Assembly: GCF_036321535.1 (NCBI RefSeq)
Contig: NC_087436.1
Span: forward strand, 92,258,001 to 92,322,000
Direction: 5' to 3'
Source: Camelus dromedarius
Lineage: Eukaryota
Length of the DNA stretch: 64,000 bases
Numbering within the stretch: position 1 is the stretch's first letter; each line of letters opens with the position of its first letter. Below are positions 38,365 through 50,871 of the stretch, piece by piece. Both the position numbers and the translations under genes were made by a program. The notes under the pieces are model-generated. The model saw only the letters and a list, made by a program, of their open reading frames with translations. It had not been told where the DNA came from and ran no database searches.

Positions 38365-39859
38365 GACAGTTAACAGATGATTGATAGATAAATAGATGGA
38401 TGGATATATGCATATATACTTATTTACATATATACATAGATATGTAGACAGATCAACACAACTTTCCTTACAAAATACTTCTATTTTCTTTAGCAAAAAT
38501 TCTTGTAAGTTTCAGCTAAACGCCTGCACACTATTTGTTTTTCCCATTAGAATACAAAGAACATGGTTTCATACAGGGCATGAAAATCAGAACTCAAGCA
38601 ATCCACTGAAACTCCTTTCACATAAACAGACAAAAGTTGGGAATGGGAACAATACAAGCCACACAGAATGGTACAAAAGTCTCTTTGAAGACTTGCAGGG
38701 AAATGCTGAGTCAGCACAAGTCCCAGGGAGCACGGCTGTATATTCCAAATTATAGGTGGTCAGCATGAACATCCTCCAATAGTAGGGTGCACTTAGAAAC
38801 TTCTTCTCTAAGCAAGAAAAATGATATTTTAAATTGCAATGGAGGGTAACCAATTTCTACTTGAGAGAGCAAGACCAAGCAAATATGCAAAACCTGTCAA
38901 CTAGGGAATTGGGAACTGATTTTGTGGGGCAAACCTAATGCCAATCTAAGTAGACAAGATAGTTGTTTTTTAATGTAATGACACTGTATCTTTCTGGGTT
39001 TTATTATAATGCAAATGACATTATACTACAGGAGTAACTGAAGTTACTACAGCAACATTTACTGCAGAAGCACCTGCAGCTTGAGACCCCAGAGAGCAGA
39101 AGCAGGCCTGTGTCATGCTTTATTCCAGGCAGTCCATATCTTCTATAGGAATATTTACAAATGCACCATATTTTTTATGTATTTTATGATATTTATTTAT
39201 TTTATGATTCTAGTTATAAACATTAAAATAAACATAGTGTAGAAGCAATTCAATTCAAATATTTATTATGTTCTAATCACTGTTCTCATCACCAGGGAGA
39301 TAAAAAGATTATTCCGCAAGGGCCCCACTTTGCAGATATTTACAGTTGGAGACACAACTAAGTGTAACCTGGGTAACCTGCCTAACCAGCTTGTAGTGAA
39401 AACATGGTAACATTTTTAATAATCCAACTGCCCCATCCTTGAATTATGTAAGCTCTTTCTCCAGCAGAAATCTGGGGACAGAGGTGCCTGCTCAGTTCAG
39501 ACAGGACCATTTGAAGTTCACAAGACAAAACTGGAGAGTTTGGTCAGGGCACCATGAACCACAGTTTATCATTTTCACTACTTCTATTGCTGTCGCCTGG
39601 TGTCACTGTTGAAAATGGGCCCTTGCCCTTGGCTGCTAAGTCATCCTTGCTGGGCCAGATCTCTGCGGAGGCTGCAGTGATACCCTGTGCGTTGGCTTTC
39701 AAAGCTTTATCTTCTTTCGTTTGCATTCACAAGCCCACCATGCCAAACCAAGAATATTTGCTACATATTCTGTGTCTACAGAGACAGATGGCCACTTTGG
39801 TCCCCTTAAAATGTACAGTCTTACCAGATACACTGCATCTTAAATAATTTAGGAAGTAA

Positions 39860-40620
39860 TCTGGTCTATGATAAATGTGTACACAAACTCAGCGGGAACA
39901 CAGAGTACAGGGCAGTTAAGTTTGACTGAACAGATAAAGCTTTCCAGAGCCAATGATGTTTGATATGAGAATTAAAGTGTGGATTACAAAAACAGAGCAA
40001 GTAAGGTGTTTATGGGCAAAACAGTCCCAGAGAAAAGAATGTTTAAACATTTGAAAGCAAAGGTGGCAGAAATACAAGGTTCATGGGTAGCCAGGAATGA
40101 AGGAACTTAAAAAAGGAAAGTTAGATGGAGACCCATCTTTTGTGCAGCTTTGAGTATCATGTTAATGAAACTGAACTCTATTCTGAAGACAACGTGAAGT
40201 CACCCAAGGATTGAGAGCAGAAGAAGTAGTGTGTTTGGACCTGTAATTTAGAGAGATAATTGGTACCTATGCTGAAGGTGGACTGGCTGGAGGCAAGAAC
40301 CTGAAGGTGCTCCCCACGTCCAGCAGAGAAATGGCAGAGCCCTCAGAGCAGAGGCAGTGACAGCCAAAGGGAAAGGACTGAGTCCAGTAATATTTCAGGA
40401 CAGAGTTTAAAAACACTAGGGAATAGCTGTGTGTCGGGAGAGATGCAGAGGGAAAAGTCAGAAGTGCTGCTGTGGTTTGTAGCTAGGCAGACTGGAGGAA
40501 AGCCATGCCATTAACCGTATTAGGGAACATCAGAAGAGGAGAGTTGTAATGGAGCCACAAATAATGGGTTTCTCTTGGACACACTGAGTTTGACGTGCCT
40601 GCAGGCCATTCATGTGGAAA
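39860..40620 (-). mobile_element. L2 fragment
   Basis: ttggacacactgagtttgacgtgcctgcaggccattcatgtgga; gccatgccattaaccg. Confidence 0.65.
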
Positions 40621-40779
40621 AGCACTTTCTAAATTCACATTATTAAAAAAAAAAGAAATGCTTTTATTTGTCTCTAGGCTCATAATGGTAATAACTGTGC
40701 TATAAAGACATCAAAACACTCTCTACAACAAAATTTCTCATCACATACAAATATTATGCTACAAAAACATTTCTGGCAC

Positions 40780-41680
40780 TGAGAAGACAGAATAGATAGG
40801 TTGAAATTACACATCATTTTTGGCTTGTGTATTTATAGAATGAATAAGACACTATAAATTGATGCAAATGAAAATAATAAATAGCAGGGATTCATAGCTG
40901 GCTATTTGGAAAAAATATATGGATTTAGAGCTTTACCTTATATCATATACCAAATTTAATTAAAGAAAAAATAAAATAGAAGACAATGAAGATGAATATT
41001 TCTGCAGTCTCTGGATGAGAGATATCTTGTACACTTAAAACAATAGAAAAAAATCATAATATTTATAATTAATAAATTTGACTATGTAAGCATTTATATC
41101 TCACTCCTTCAATAAGAAACATTAGCTGACTTAAAAAGACATAATGTACTGAAATTTATAAGTAAAAAAATAACAAAAAATAGTATTATTTATATATAAA
41201 TATCTAATAAGATTCCTTAAGAAAAAACAAAAGGGAAAAAACTAAGGATAGACAATAAATATTTACCTCAATTTAAATGAAGTTTTATATATTTTTAAAA
41301 ACTGTATGAAAAAACCACACTAGTAAGTATGCAATAAACAGACACTCTCAAATATAGCTGATGAGAGTATTGTTTTAATTTTTTTAAAGAACAAATTGTC
41401 AATATTTATAAAATCTATATTTGTCTCAATTCTGATACCATAATCTAAAGAAACCATTCAAAATGCAGACAATAATTTATACTGTTAAATATTTAAATAC
41501 TTATCTTTAAATATGTTTAAACATTTTTATATTTCAAAGTGTATATGCTGATGTTTATAATCATGAAAAATAGCAAATGTAAAAGTCTAGGAGACTGATT
41601 TAGATGTAATTATCTTAGGTGTTATCAATATAAAAATGTGAATATAAGAGATGGTTATATAAAAGAAAAGATCTACCTGT
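40780..41680 (+). mobile_element. Very old L1 (L1ME-like) relic
   Basis: A-rich; ctggctatttggaaaaaat; ccttatatcatatacc; aataaatttgactatgtaa. Confidence 0.55.
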
Positions 41681-42260
41681 ATAATGTGTACAAATTCTAG
41701 ATCCTGCCAAGCAAAGGAAGAATTGTGTTCTCCCATTTCTACTGACTGGAATGTGGGAGTAATCATGGAAGAAGGGGGCCCTGCATTGATGACAGTCTAT
41801 CCACAGATAGAGCCCAGATCCTCAACACAGAGACCTCCTCAACTGGTCCTTGACTTCATCGCACGCAGGTGTACCTGCCATGTACCTGCCATAGACATTC
41901 AGTGTTCTAAGTGACAACATTGTCATAACATTAAATGCACACTTGGCTACAAAAAGTAACACATTTTGCTCACTGATCAAAATTTGGCAACACACCTGTG
42001 AAGGTTTGGGTACACCTGTGTGTCAGAACAGATGGATGAGAAACAGCATATAGATCTGTGTGCCCCCCCAATTCTTCTTTACCATTTAAGAAAGATCAGT
42101 CTACTTTTTTTTGGTATAAATAGTCTCATTAACAAAATGTACCGAACTATTCCGGAAAACAGATCAAGATCTCAAAGAGAATTTGTCAACTGTTGAAAAA
42201 GTGGACAAGTTGACAACTGCCCCTGGAAAATATTGTTAAATAAAGCCCAAACTAAGAGGT

Positions 42261-42700
42261 TATGACAGAGACAGCTGATTTGCCCCAATATTCATCTTCC
42301 CCTAACTCTTTAGTTATAGAATCACCAATTTTAGCTGGGAATAGAGTTGTTGGAATAAAATTCACATTTCACGAATTTAAGTTTACATTGTAGCTAGACA
42401 AGTGACTAAACTCTGGCCAAGAGGATACAAGCAGAAGAGTAGTGTGCACACTCCGGGAAGCGTCCTTTTTTAACGGGAGGGGCACCCTTCCTCGTTCCTG
42501 CCGGCTGAGAGCAGATGCGAGCCTTTCCCCCTGGAGCAGCCGCACCGGACCTCCCACTGGGAGCTGAGTGTCAGGATGGCGGAGCGATCCGACGGAAGGA
42601 GCCTGAGTTCCCCTCGGCTGCGGAGTCTCCTTATTAGTAACTGATCGCCTACCCTTGTTCCTGCTTTTGAGAAAGAGAAATAAATCCCTGCCTATGTTTC
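42261..42700 (+). mobile_element. MLT1 (I/J-like) LTR, 3'-clipped and unusually CpG-rich
   Basis: gtgactaaactctggccaagaggatacaagcagaag...aggatggcggagc...gaaggagcctgagttccc...gagaaataaa. Confidence 0.7.
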
Positions 42701-42704
42701 ACAC

Positions 42705-43148
42705 AGTGGACATTTCTGAGGACTCGAACCCCTCGAGCCCGGGATGACAGCCTCTCAGATCGCCCGAGGGACTGCCCCTAAGAGGGAGGGTGGGGAGCCA
42801 GGATATACAGGAGTTTTTATAACAAAGACCAGGTCATTGGAACATCAAAACATGACTGTTAATTAAAGAAAACCAGATAGCTCAAGTTAAGGAGTTAGCA
42901 CTTCTCTGTGAATGGGAAGGCTCAAAGGTCTGGGCTCGCTGAAATCATTCCTTGGACGTGCACCTAGCTCTCTAGGGCCAGTGTCCTGTGCTTCCACACC
43001 CTGTGTCCCCACCGAGGCACCGCTGGGGGTGGCTGCAGAGGCCGGGCTGCCTGCTTGTCTGCATTCTGAGTCGGCCATATTGGCTGATGACTTGATGGCC
43101 ACAGCATTCTTTGTTTACTGACAAGGTATGCAGTATTTTTCATTCACA
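42705..43148 (-). mobile_element. ERV1-type LTR (probable 3' LTR), U5 end missing
   Basis: Reverse complement starts tgtgaatgaaaaatactg...gtaaacaaagaatgctgtggccatca and is colinear with 44813-45274. Confidence 0.85.
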
Positions 43149-43900
43149 GAGCTCCCTCTGGGTCCTAAATGCAACCAATATTTTGGGAGACATTTCATGA
43201 CCAATTTTGTCCCATGGTGCTAGGAAGGTTCATTCCTGGATCAGGTGAAGATTTTGTTGACATGCCACTCAAGGAGCTAACTTTTGATTCAGGCCCTGTT
43301 GATACTCAAAAATTCTCTGGATCACCTGTCTTACTAGTCTTTCATGATCCAGAAATTGTTTTTCCCTCATTGTTCCTTCCCATACCTAGACTCACACTAT
43401 GACAATTATTGTATGCAGGGTTATAACCCTGCCTTCTTTCAGTCACTCTTACTTGGGGCCTCCTATCCTCCTAAATGTGACAAAGATCAAAACCATACCA
43501 TTGTTCTACGTTCCCAAAAGTAACAGAAAATAAAACATAAAATCTACTTCTGTGGAAGAACAAATGAATAATTTAAAAATTTTGACATGGGAGTCAGTAT
43601 CACAGATCAGCAAGATTCACAGTGCCCCCAAAATACCAGTTATCTCTCTTTCCTCTTTTAGATCTCCACATTGTAAAGCCTGCAGTCCATGAAAATTCCC
43701 GTCATAGGCTCTCTGCTGACTCATTGGGAAGGCAGTGAAGTCACTGCTGTGTTATTTTATAGGGTACTTGGGGAATTAACTTAGCCTCTTATGTTATAAG
43801 AGAAAAAAATAAATACAGCTACTTTCCGAAATCAATTGTAAAGCTCTATGGCACCATAAGAAATCTGGCAATTGGTCCAGATTGAAATGTATTGACTATT
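43149..43900 (-). mobile_element. Probable ERV1 internal 3' segment
   Basis: Abuts the LTR start through a purine-rich cagagggag (polypurine-tract-like). Minus-strand aaaattggtcatgaaatg and aaaatcttcacctga resemble recalled MER4-group internal 3' ends. Confidence 0.45.
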
Positions 43901-43901
43901 T

Positions 43902-44496
43902 TGTTATCACCAGGAAAACATGCCCCGCTGGACAGTGCAGAAATAGAAGTTTTAGGCAGTTAAATAGAAATGAGCACCGGGCAGAGGGAGAGGAAGGGGA
44001 AAGGAGCAAACCTGAAAATAACATTACATCTGCGCCCGGGATAAAGGGCTCCAAAAACTTCCTTTCTCTAAATGAGGGCCAGCGAAGAAGTTGGCTAGGA
44101 TCAAACGCTGTTGCTGCGCAGTAGAGAGAAGGACCTGGCTTAACCTGACCCAATGATCATTACAATGTAATTAACACTGCAGTTTGAACCCCCTCCCTTA
44201 GGTTTCTCCATGCGCATCATGGGTAATAACCTGCACAAAAAGGATGCGCGCACCTGAGCACAAGGGACTGACGCCCCTAAGCCAGGATATAAAACAGGAG
44301 AAACAAAGCAGCAGCGCCACTCTTCCTCTCCTGGGATGGCCCGCTCCCAGTACTCAGGAGCTTACTATGTTTTACCACCTTTTCACTTTACTAATAAAAC
44401 CTTGTTTACATCACGCTTTCTGTCTCTCGTCAAAAAGCCACTTCTTTCGGGTGACTAAGAACTAAGGTAACTTTTGTCCCCCTCCTCCCGGTAGCA
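43902..44496 (+). mobile_element. Relatively young ERV LTR (left boundary uncertain)
   Basis: TG...CA termini; CCAAT near 44151, TATAAAA at 44288-44294 and AATAAA at 44393-44398 in LTR order; CpGs retained; no TSD found. Confidence 0.7.
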
Positions 44497-44812
44497 GAAG
44501 GAGCCGCTGCACACACACTTCCTAGACTCTCCGTGCTTGAGTTCTAGAGAGAGATTCTGTGATAAAAGCTTATTTTAAAAAGGTTACTGTTAGTCACTCC
44601 ACTTGCCTCAGGTGTGTGACCCACGGAAAACTACAGACAGTGGTAGAACTTAGGCATGTCTCCAGGGTAGCATGTTAGGAGACAAAGAGGAAAAAGCCAT
44701 CTGGCCCATGTGGTGTGGCAATGAGGCATTTGGTGAGGGTGAGAGGGGAAGTGAAACACAGCTACTAGAGAGGACAACGGTTTAGGGAGATCGTGGGAAC
44801 TTGGTTAGTTAC

Positions 44813-45274
44813 TGTGAACGAAGAACGTTGCCTGCCATATCAATAAACAAAGGATGTTGCAGCCATCAGGCCACTACAGCAGCCCCCAGGGAACTCAGGA
44901 TGGAGATAAAGGGCTTCCCACAGCCACCCCCAGCAGTGCACCCTCGGGGACTCAGGATGGGAAAGAACAGGATACTGGCCCCAGACAGCTCAGGTGCACA
45001 TCAGTGATTTCAGTGAGCCCAGACTCTGGCATCTTCCCATACAAAGTGCTAAATTCATTAACTTGAGATGTCTGGTTTCCTTTAAGTAATGATGTTCCAA
45101 CCACCTGGTCTTTGTTGCAAAAACCCCTATATATCCTGGCTCCTCCCTTACCTCTTCAGAGTGGTCCCTCAGATCTACCTGAGAGGCTGCCTCCGGGCTT
45201 GAAATCCTCCGAAGGTCTGCCAAATAAAACATAATTTTCAACTTTTAGGTTGTGCATTTTTTTTTCAGTCAACA
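44813..45274 (+). mobile_element. ERV1-type LTR, full length
   Basis: tgtgaac...cagtcaaca termini; ctatatatcc TATA-like box; aataaa near 45223; internal duplication of actcaggatgg. Confidence 0.88.
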
Positions 45275-46194
45275 CAATGAATGACCTATACCTAGAAATA
45301 TTGCCACTCACATATACATTAAGTAAAAAAAAAAAAAAGATAGTTCAAGAGGCATATCTAAAAAAAGAGGGGGATGACTATTTTCAATAAATCACCACCG
45401 TTTCCCAGATTTCTCCATAAATGATATAAAGACAATTTACTTCAGGGCAATATTAGTTAGATTACTAAACATATCAGCACTCTGAGTAGAACAAAAATAG
45501 CAATAAAATTTATATTAAAACTGCTTAATTATTAAGGTATTAAAATCTGATCAAGAAAGAGACTAGTTAACTGTTGTTTTGCTTTGTTTCCTTCCAAAGG
45601 GAATAGTTTTTCAAAATCTCTCAGGAAAAAATTATGAAGTAACAGTGAGAATTAGCCACATTATAAGTCAGCAATAGAATGAGAAAAATAAATAGCAATG
45701 TCTCTTTTAAAGTCTTTTTTTGACCCCTTAACTTTTTTGGTTAAGTTTTTGTGGTCCCACCAAAGCCACTGATTATTACAAGGTATCTACTGCAATTTCA
45801 GAGAGTAAATATAAAGAAAAACTTTAAAGTGGTTAAAAACCTATCATAATGAGTATTTTAATGGTTTTCCTTGAAATTCTAATACGTAAAAACAAAAAAA
45901 TCAAGTAGAAGTTCCCCAAAGATTTCCATTAATAATGTGTTGCTCACTTTAAACACTAGAAATATTTCTTTAAAAATAAGCAGCTTTTTACCACAAAGAT
46001 GTGAAAGATCATTTCCCTCTTCTGAGGGATCAGGCAAGGTTAAAAAATGATCATCAATATCTGTCATTCTCATCAAGGAGTGTAGCCTTTAGACCCCCAC
46101 CTGCCCCTTCCCACTGCTCCTGATACAGTCACGTGGGCACAGCACTTGAAGGAGCGTATCCCCGAATTTCACCAACACTGCTGCCAGGGTTAGT

Positions 46195-46381
46195 TAACCC
46201 AACCTTTGTCTGCGTGTGTACCCTTCATGCAAATTACAGACAGGCACTCTTCCTTCTGGCTGAAGCCTCTTGATTCTTATCATGGTGCATGGCTCAGCAG
46301 TCAGAGCGTGGCCCCCACTTTCCTCTTGGCCAGGAGCCCCATTGCAGGGCACCACCTGTCCAGCAGGCCACAGCAGCCCTG
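46195..46381 (-). mobile_element. MER91A-like hAT-Tip100 MITE
   Basis: Reverse strand cagggctgc...caggtggtgccctgcaa...gtgggggcc...agaaggaagagtgcctgtctgtaatttgcatgaaggg follows the recalled MER91A consensus. Confidence 0.6.
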
Positions 46382-47689
46382 CCTGCACCTGAAGGAGAAA
46401 GATGGTTTGCCTCAAATTCTTCTGAAGTGAAAACAGAAAAACTTCTTCTCCCTAAATGAACAGCACAGGAAGGTGATCTCCAGGGATATGCCCTTCAATG
46501 GAAGATTCGGGGGACAGTTGAAGGCGTAAATTCCTGGGAGCTTTATTTAAAGGAACAGACAATTTGTTTCGAACTTTTGCAAATGCACTTCTTTCTAATA
46601 CTCCACCCATTTACTGAACCATTGATTTGGCATTTTCTGAACTTTCCCAGCACTGAGAAGGCAGAGTTTTCAAGAAAACCAGAAAGAGCACAGCTGTAAT
46701 GTCATTACATTCAGCTACTTTAATTTTTCTTAATTTCTATTTTAATGGTAATCCTTAATTATTTGATCCTAGGTTTTTTTCTTTTCCTATACATACTTTT
46801 AAAAGTATATATAAATTAATTCATAAGACTAGGTCTAAATGATCATAAGCTTTTTTTCTTAAGTTTATTTGAAGATGGCATTTTTATCTAAAACACTACT
46901 TTTTAAATAATGGTTTGAGTCTTTTTAGTGTAATGAACGTAACTTACTACCTTTAATCACCATTCACTGTATCACAACTCAAATTTTATTTTCTCACAAT
47001 TCATCAAGGTTATATTTTGCTCACATTCTAAAAGTTGTTTCCAACCATTGTGATCTAATTAGTAACTTTTATTCAAGGAATAAAACAGATTTTCTGAATC
47101 TTAGTCATTTTTTTCTCCTTTTAGCAATATTAAAACCTGATGACTCATATTACCAGAGAAAATATAAAGACTCTCTTCTCATAAAATTGAAATATTATGT
47201 GTATACATAAAGCATATTATTAAAACATGTCATATTCACTTATATATAAAATACTTTCAGAAGACTACTGAACTCAAAAAGGCATGAAAATCCACCAGAG
47301 AGCAAGTCTATGATCCAAAGTCAAAGCAGATTTCTCTTAAAAGTAGAGTATAATTACAGAAATCTGAAAAAAAAAATTCAAGTCTAAAAGATCCTCTCTG
47401 GCTATCCTTCCTTTACTTTGCCCAAAATATATCAAAGAAGTCCTAAGAAGTAATAAAAACTAGAACAGTAAAGGACTGAACCATCTCATTATACACGTCT
47501 CATCTAATCTCTTTTCTGATTTTTCTATCTAGGTATAAGTCCAGTGACCATACAGTTAGCATCATTCATCAAAAACTATGACGCATACCTGCTTCAAAAA
47601 TAATAAATTTACTAAACTGAGACATGAAATTAAATGACATTATTAAGAAAATGTTAGCCAAGTAAATGGTGATGACACATATAAACATA

Positions 47690-48330
47690 CATACATTCAT
47701 ACATGCATACATACATAATGCATAGTATAAGAAATGAGAGGAAAAGGGGAAAATGATGGAGGAGGCAGTTCTTCCTTCCAGAAGAATGCCAGTTGATAAA
47801 TGTAGAAGTAATAGAATTTTAAAAAATCACCATTTTGCAACCCCCTGTGTGCTTTTGATTCAGAGAAGGATTCTAATGGATGCTAACACCATTGGGTAAA
47901 AAGTTGTCGAAGAACAGAATAATCCATCCTATGATCTCCAAATACCATCCCACACGCCACTTTTGATTTACAAGAGGGGTCCCCCTGTGTTGCAGATCTA
48001 GCAGACATCAGCTAACTAAATAACCACACTGTTCATCATCAAGAATGGCACAGACAGACATCACATGTTTCCTAACCTGATAAAATGGGAAGTGCACAAG
48101 TGGGAAGTGGGATGTTTCTCTAGACAAGTAGCCAACACTCCAAAAATGCCAATGGCATAAAAGCAAACAGAAAGACGAAGGACTACTCAAGATAAACAAG
48201 ATGAACAAGACACGGCAGCAAAATGCATTGTATAACTTTTGTTGAATCATCAATTAAAAAAAAACATATGGGACTTTTTCTTTAATAATTAGCTAAATTT
48301 AATATGGACCATATATTCATGAGAGGGTGA
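47690..48330 (+). mobile_element. L1MC/ME 3' UTR fragment
   Basis: agaagaatgccagttgataaatgtagaag; aaatcaccattttgcaaccc; atggatgctaacaccattgggt. Confidence 0.7.
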
Positions 48331-48989
48331 CATTTATCACCTTGAATGTGCTCCTTCACCATCCCATTGTCTTGTACATATTTTCCTCTGCTGGAAGATC
48401 CTCATCATTTCCATCCCTGTCCTGAGTCTGAACACACATAAGCCTCTCATTAGCCAAGAACTGAACACAACATGTAAGCTACACTTAGTTCCACTATGGG
48501 TTTTTTTTGGAAATAGTTGTCATATGTAACAAGCGTATATTTCTTCTGGAATTAGTCTGCTATATCAATGCCTGTGTGTAGGGGGTTCAGAGAGAATTGT
48601 GCCCAGTGGTACCTTCATGGGCAACTAGCATAAATCTCAGAGCCATTCTACCCAGCTGGATGTCTGCCCTGATTCCTAATTTTCATCCATGTTTCCTGTT
48701 AGGCAAATAGTACAGCTGTGACCCTCAGCCTGATCATGTTGGATCCTTCTCATCCACCAGCCCAGGCTCCCCTACCCCCAGCATGATCTCAAGGATAGTC
48801 GGATAAATCAAATTTCTAGTACTGGACTCTGTGAACCAGAAAGCTCATTGTCACAGACCTCAGGTGCCCCAGATGAGACCTCTCTTTGCATGCCACTGTC
48901 CAGATCAAGTTCAAGCTTACTCTGTACTCTGACTTGGGTTTTTGGACCTTGACGCCTCCTGAATGTTTATCAAAAGAATAGTATAACAG

Positions 48990-49215
48990 ATTGTAAAGAG
49001 CATAGGTTCTGGACACCCAAAGACTTAAGCTAGAATCCTGGCTTGATTACTAGCTAGGAAGCCCTTGACCAAATTACTTAAGGTCATTTGAGCCTTAGTT
49101 TGCTGATTTATACAATGGGAATAACATAACTTGCTTCATAAGATTAAATGAGATAATGCATATGAAAGTACTGAATTCAGTGACTGACTACGGTGAGCAT
49201 GAGAGGTGTTAGATT
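48990..49215 (+). mobile_element. MIR SINE
   Basis: gaatcctggc...ttactagct...aaattacttaa...gagccttagtttgctgatttatacaatggga...gattaaatgagataatgcatatgaaagt. Confidence 0.75.
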
Positions 49216-49997
49216 TTTTTCTTAAAAAATTATAGTGATGATGAAGAGGATGAGGACAACTGCCAGCAGGAGGACAAGAAAGGAAAACATTCCTATTGGT
49301 GAAGTTAAATCTTTGGCTATTTTCTGGCCAGCTTCTGCCCAACATTTATCCCTCCACTTTAAACTTCCACCATGCCTCATAGCACAAGGGACTTTAAAAA
49401 CTAAATTTAAAAGATCTTTCCAATGGCTGTCCTAAATCCAAAGATCTATGAGTAGATGTTCTGTTCTTCCCATGAAAGAAAGGACTTAGCGGACAATGAC
49501 TATGCTTCATGGACTTCCTTAATGGTGAAGATGTTCCCAAGGGCCCTCTCTTCATGGAGGGCTGTGACTCTAGAGGTTGGAAACATTGCCCCTAATAAAA
49601 CTAGACCACGCAGCGCTCTATTCTGTAATCTCATGACATGGGATCCTTAGTGAGAGATACATGCAATAGCTGAAAAGGCAATGGACTAGAAGTTAGGATT
49701 TCAGTCATGATCTCTTACCAGTAACTAGCCCCTTGGCCTTGGACATTATTCTGGAGTCCTCTCTTTCCTTACATGTAAAATATCTACTCACTCTGTAGGA
49801 CCTCTTCTGCCTTTCACTAACTATGGTTATCTCTGTTTTAATTTTGGTCCTAGATTAGTCTCCCCACCTGGAAGAAGAATTATGATTGACATATAGATTT
49901 GTCAACTTCACAGTTCAGTTCATGAAAGTCCTGACATTCCCCTAGTAGCTGGCATCAAGAACATTACCACAATTGTGATGAATCACCTTGAATTAAA

Positions 49998-50217
49998 AAC
50001 TAATATATATAAAACAGATAAACAAGTTCATACTGATAGCACAAGGAACTATAGTCAATACCTTGTAGTAACCTGTAATGAAAACGAAAATGAAAATGAA
50101 TATATGTATGTTCATGTATGACTGAAGCACTATGCTGTACACCAGAAATTTACACAACATTTCAACTGACTATACCTCAATTAAAATATATATATATATG
50201 TACAAAAAAAAAAAAAA
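49998..50217 (+). mobile_element. Short artiodactyl-type L1 3' terminus with A tail
   Basis: ataaacaagttcatactgatagcacaaggaactatagtcaataccttgtagtaacc...atgctgtacaccagaaa...tatacctcaattaaaa followed by poly-A. Confidence 0.9.
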
Positions 50218-50836
50218 CAAGAAAATAATGCTACATTCAACTGAGGTTTATGGAAAGGTAGTCAAAAATCTCACGGATATAGACTTACTGTACTGACATT
50301 TCTGTAGCTCCATTTATGCCCTAAAGAATGAAAACAAATGCTTTTAACTTTTGAAAAACTTGTAATCAGGTAACAGAACAGGTTTCACAACATGACTTGA
50401 TTTGTAAAGAACATACATAGAGTTATGCACACCAAGGTAACAGTAATGTTTATCACTCAGTGATAGTTATAGACTTTGTAAACTTTTTTCTTTTCTTTTT
50501 CTTTTTTTGATTATCAGTATTTTCTAATCTCCTACTATGTGCATGTACTGCTTTTGTAATAATAAACAAAATACAATCTTCTGAATCTGGCTTCTCTATT
50601 TCACAGTGTTTTTACAGTTTCACTGCCTGGGAAGTAATTCAGAATTTTTATTTTTAATCTTTTTATGGATAAGAAGGATGAAAATACCATTCATAGTTCC
50701 CTAGCATGTCTTCATGCAGAACAAAATTTTTTCCATTAAATTGTATCCCATGTTTAAGAGCTCCCTTACTGTAGTATCCTTAGGTTACAGTCCTTAATTG
50801 TGACTGTTTCTCATAAAGAAGCAGGAAGTGCTACCA

Positions 50837-50871
<35 letters not shown>

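Noticed and set aside
39554..39847. 97-aa ORF with good Kozak context and signal-peptide-like N-terminus
   Set aside because: No recognisable homology, promoter or splice context. ORFs of this length are frequent by chance in this window.
42183..42216. Hairpin ttgtcaact...agttgacaa as a miRNA or terminator
   Set aside because: A 9-bp stem is too short for a pre-miRNA and is expected by chance in AT-rich DNA.
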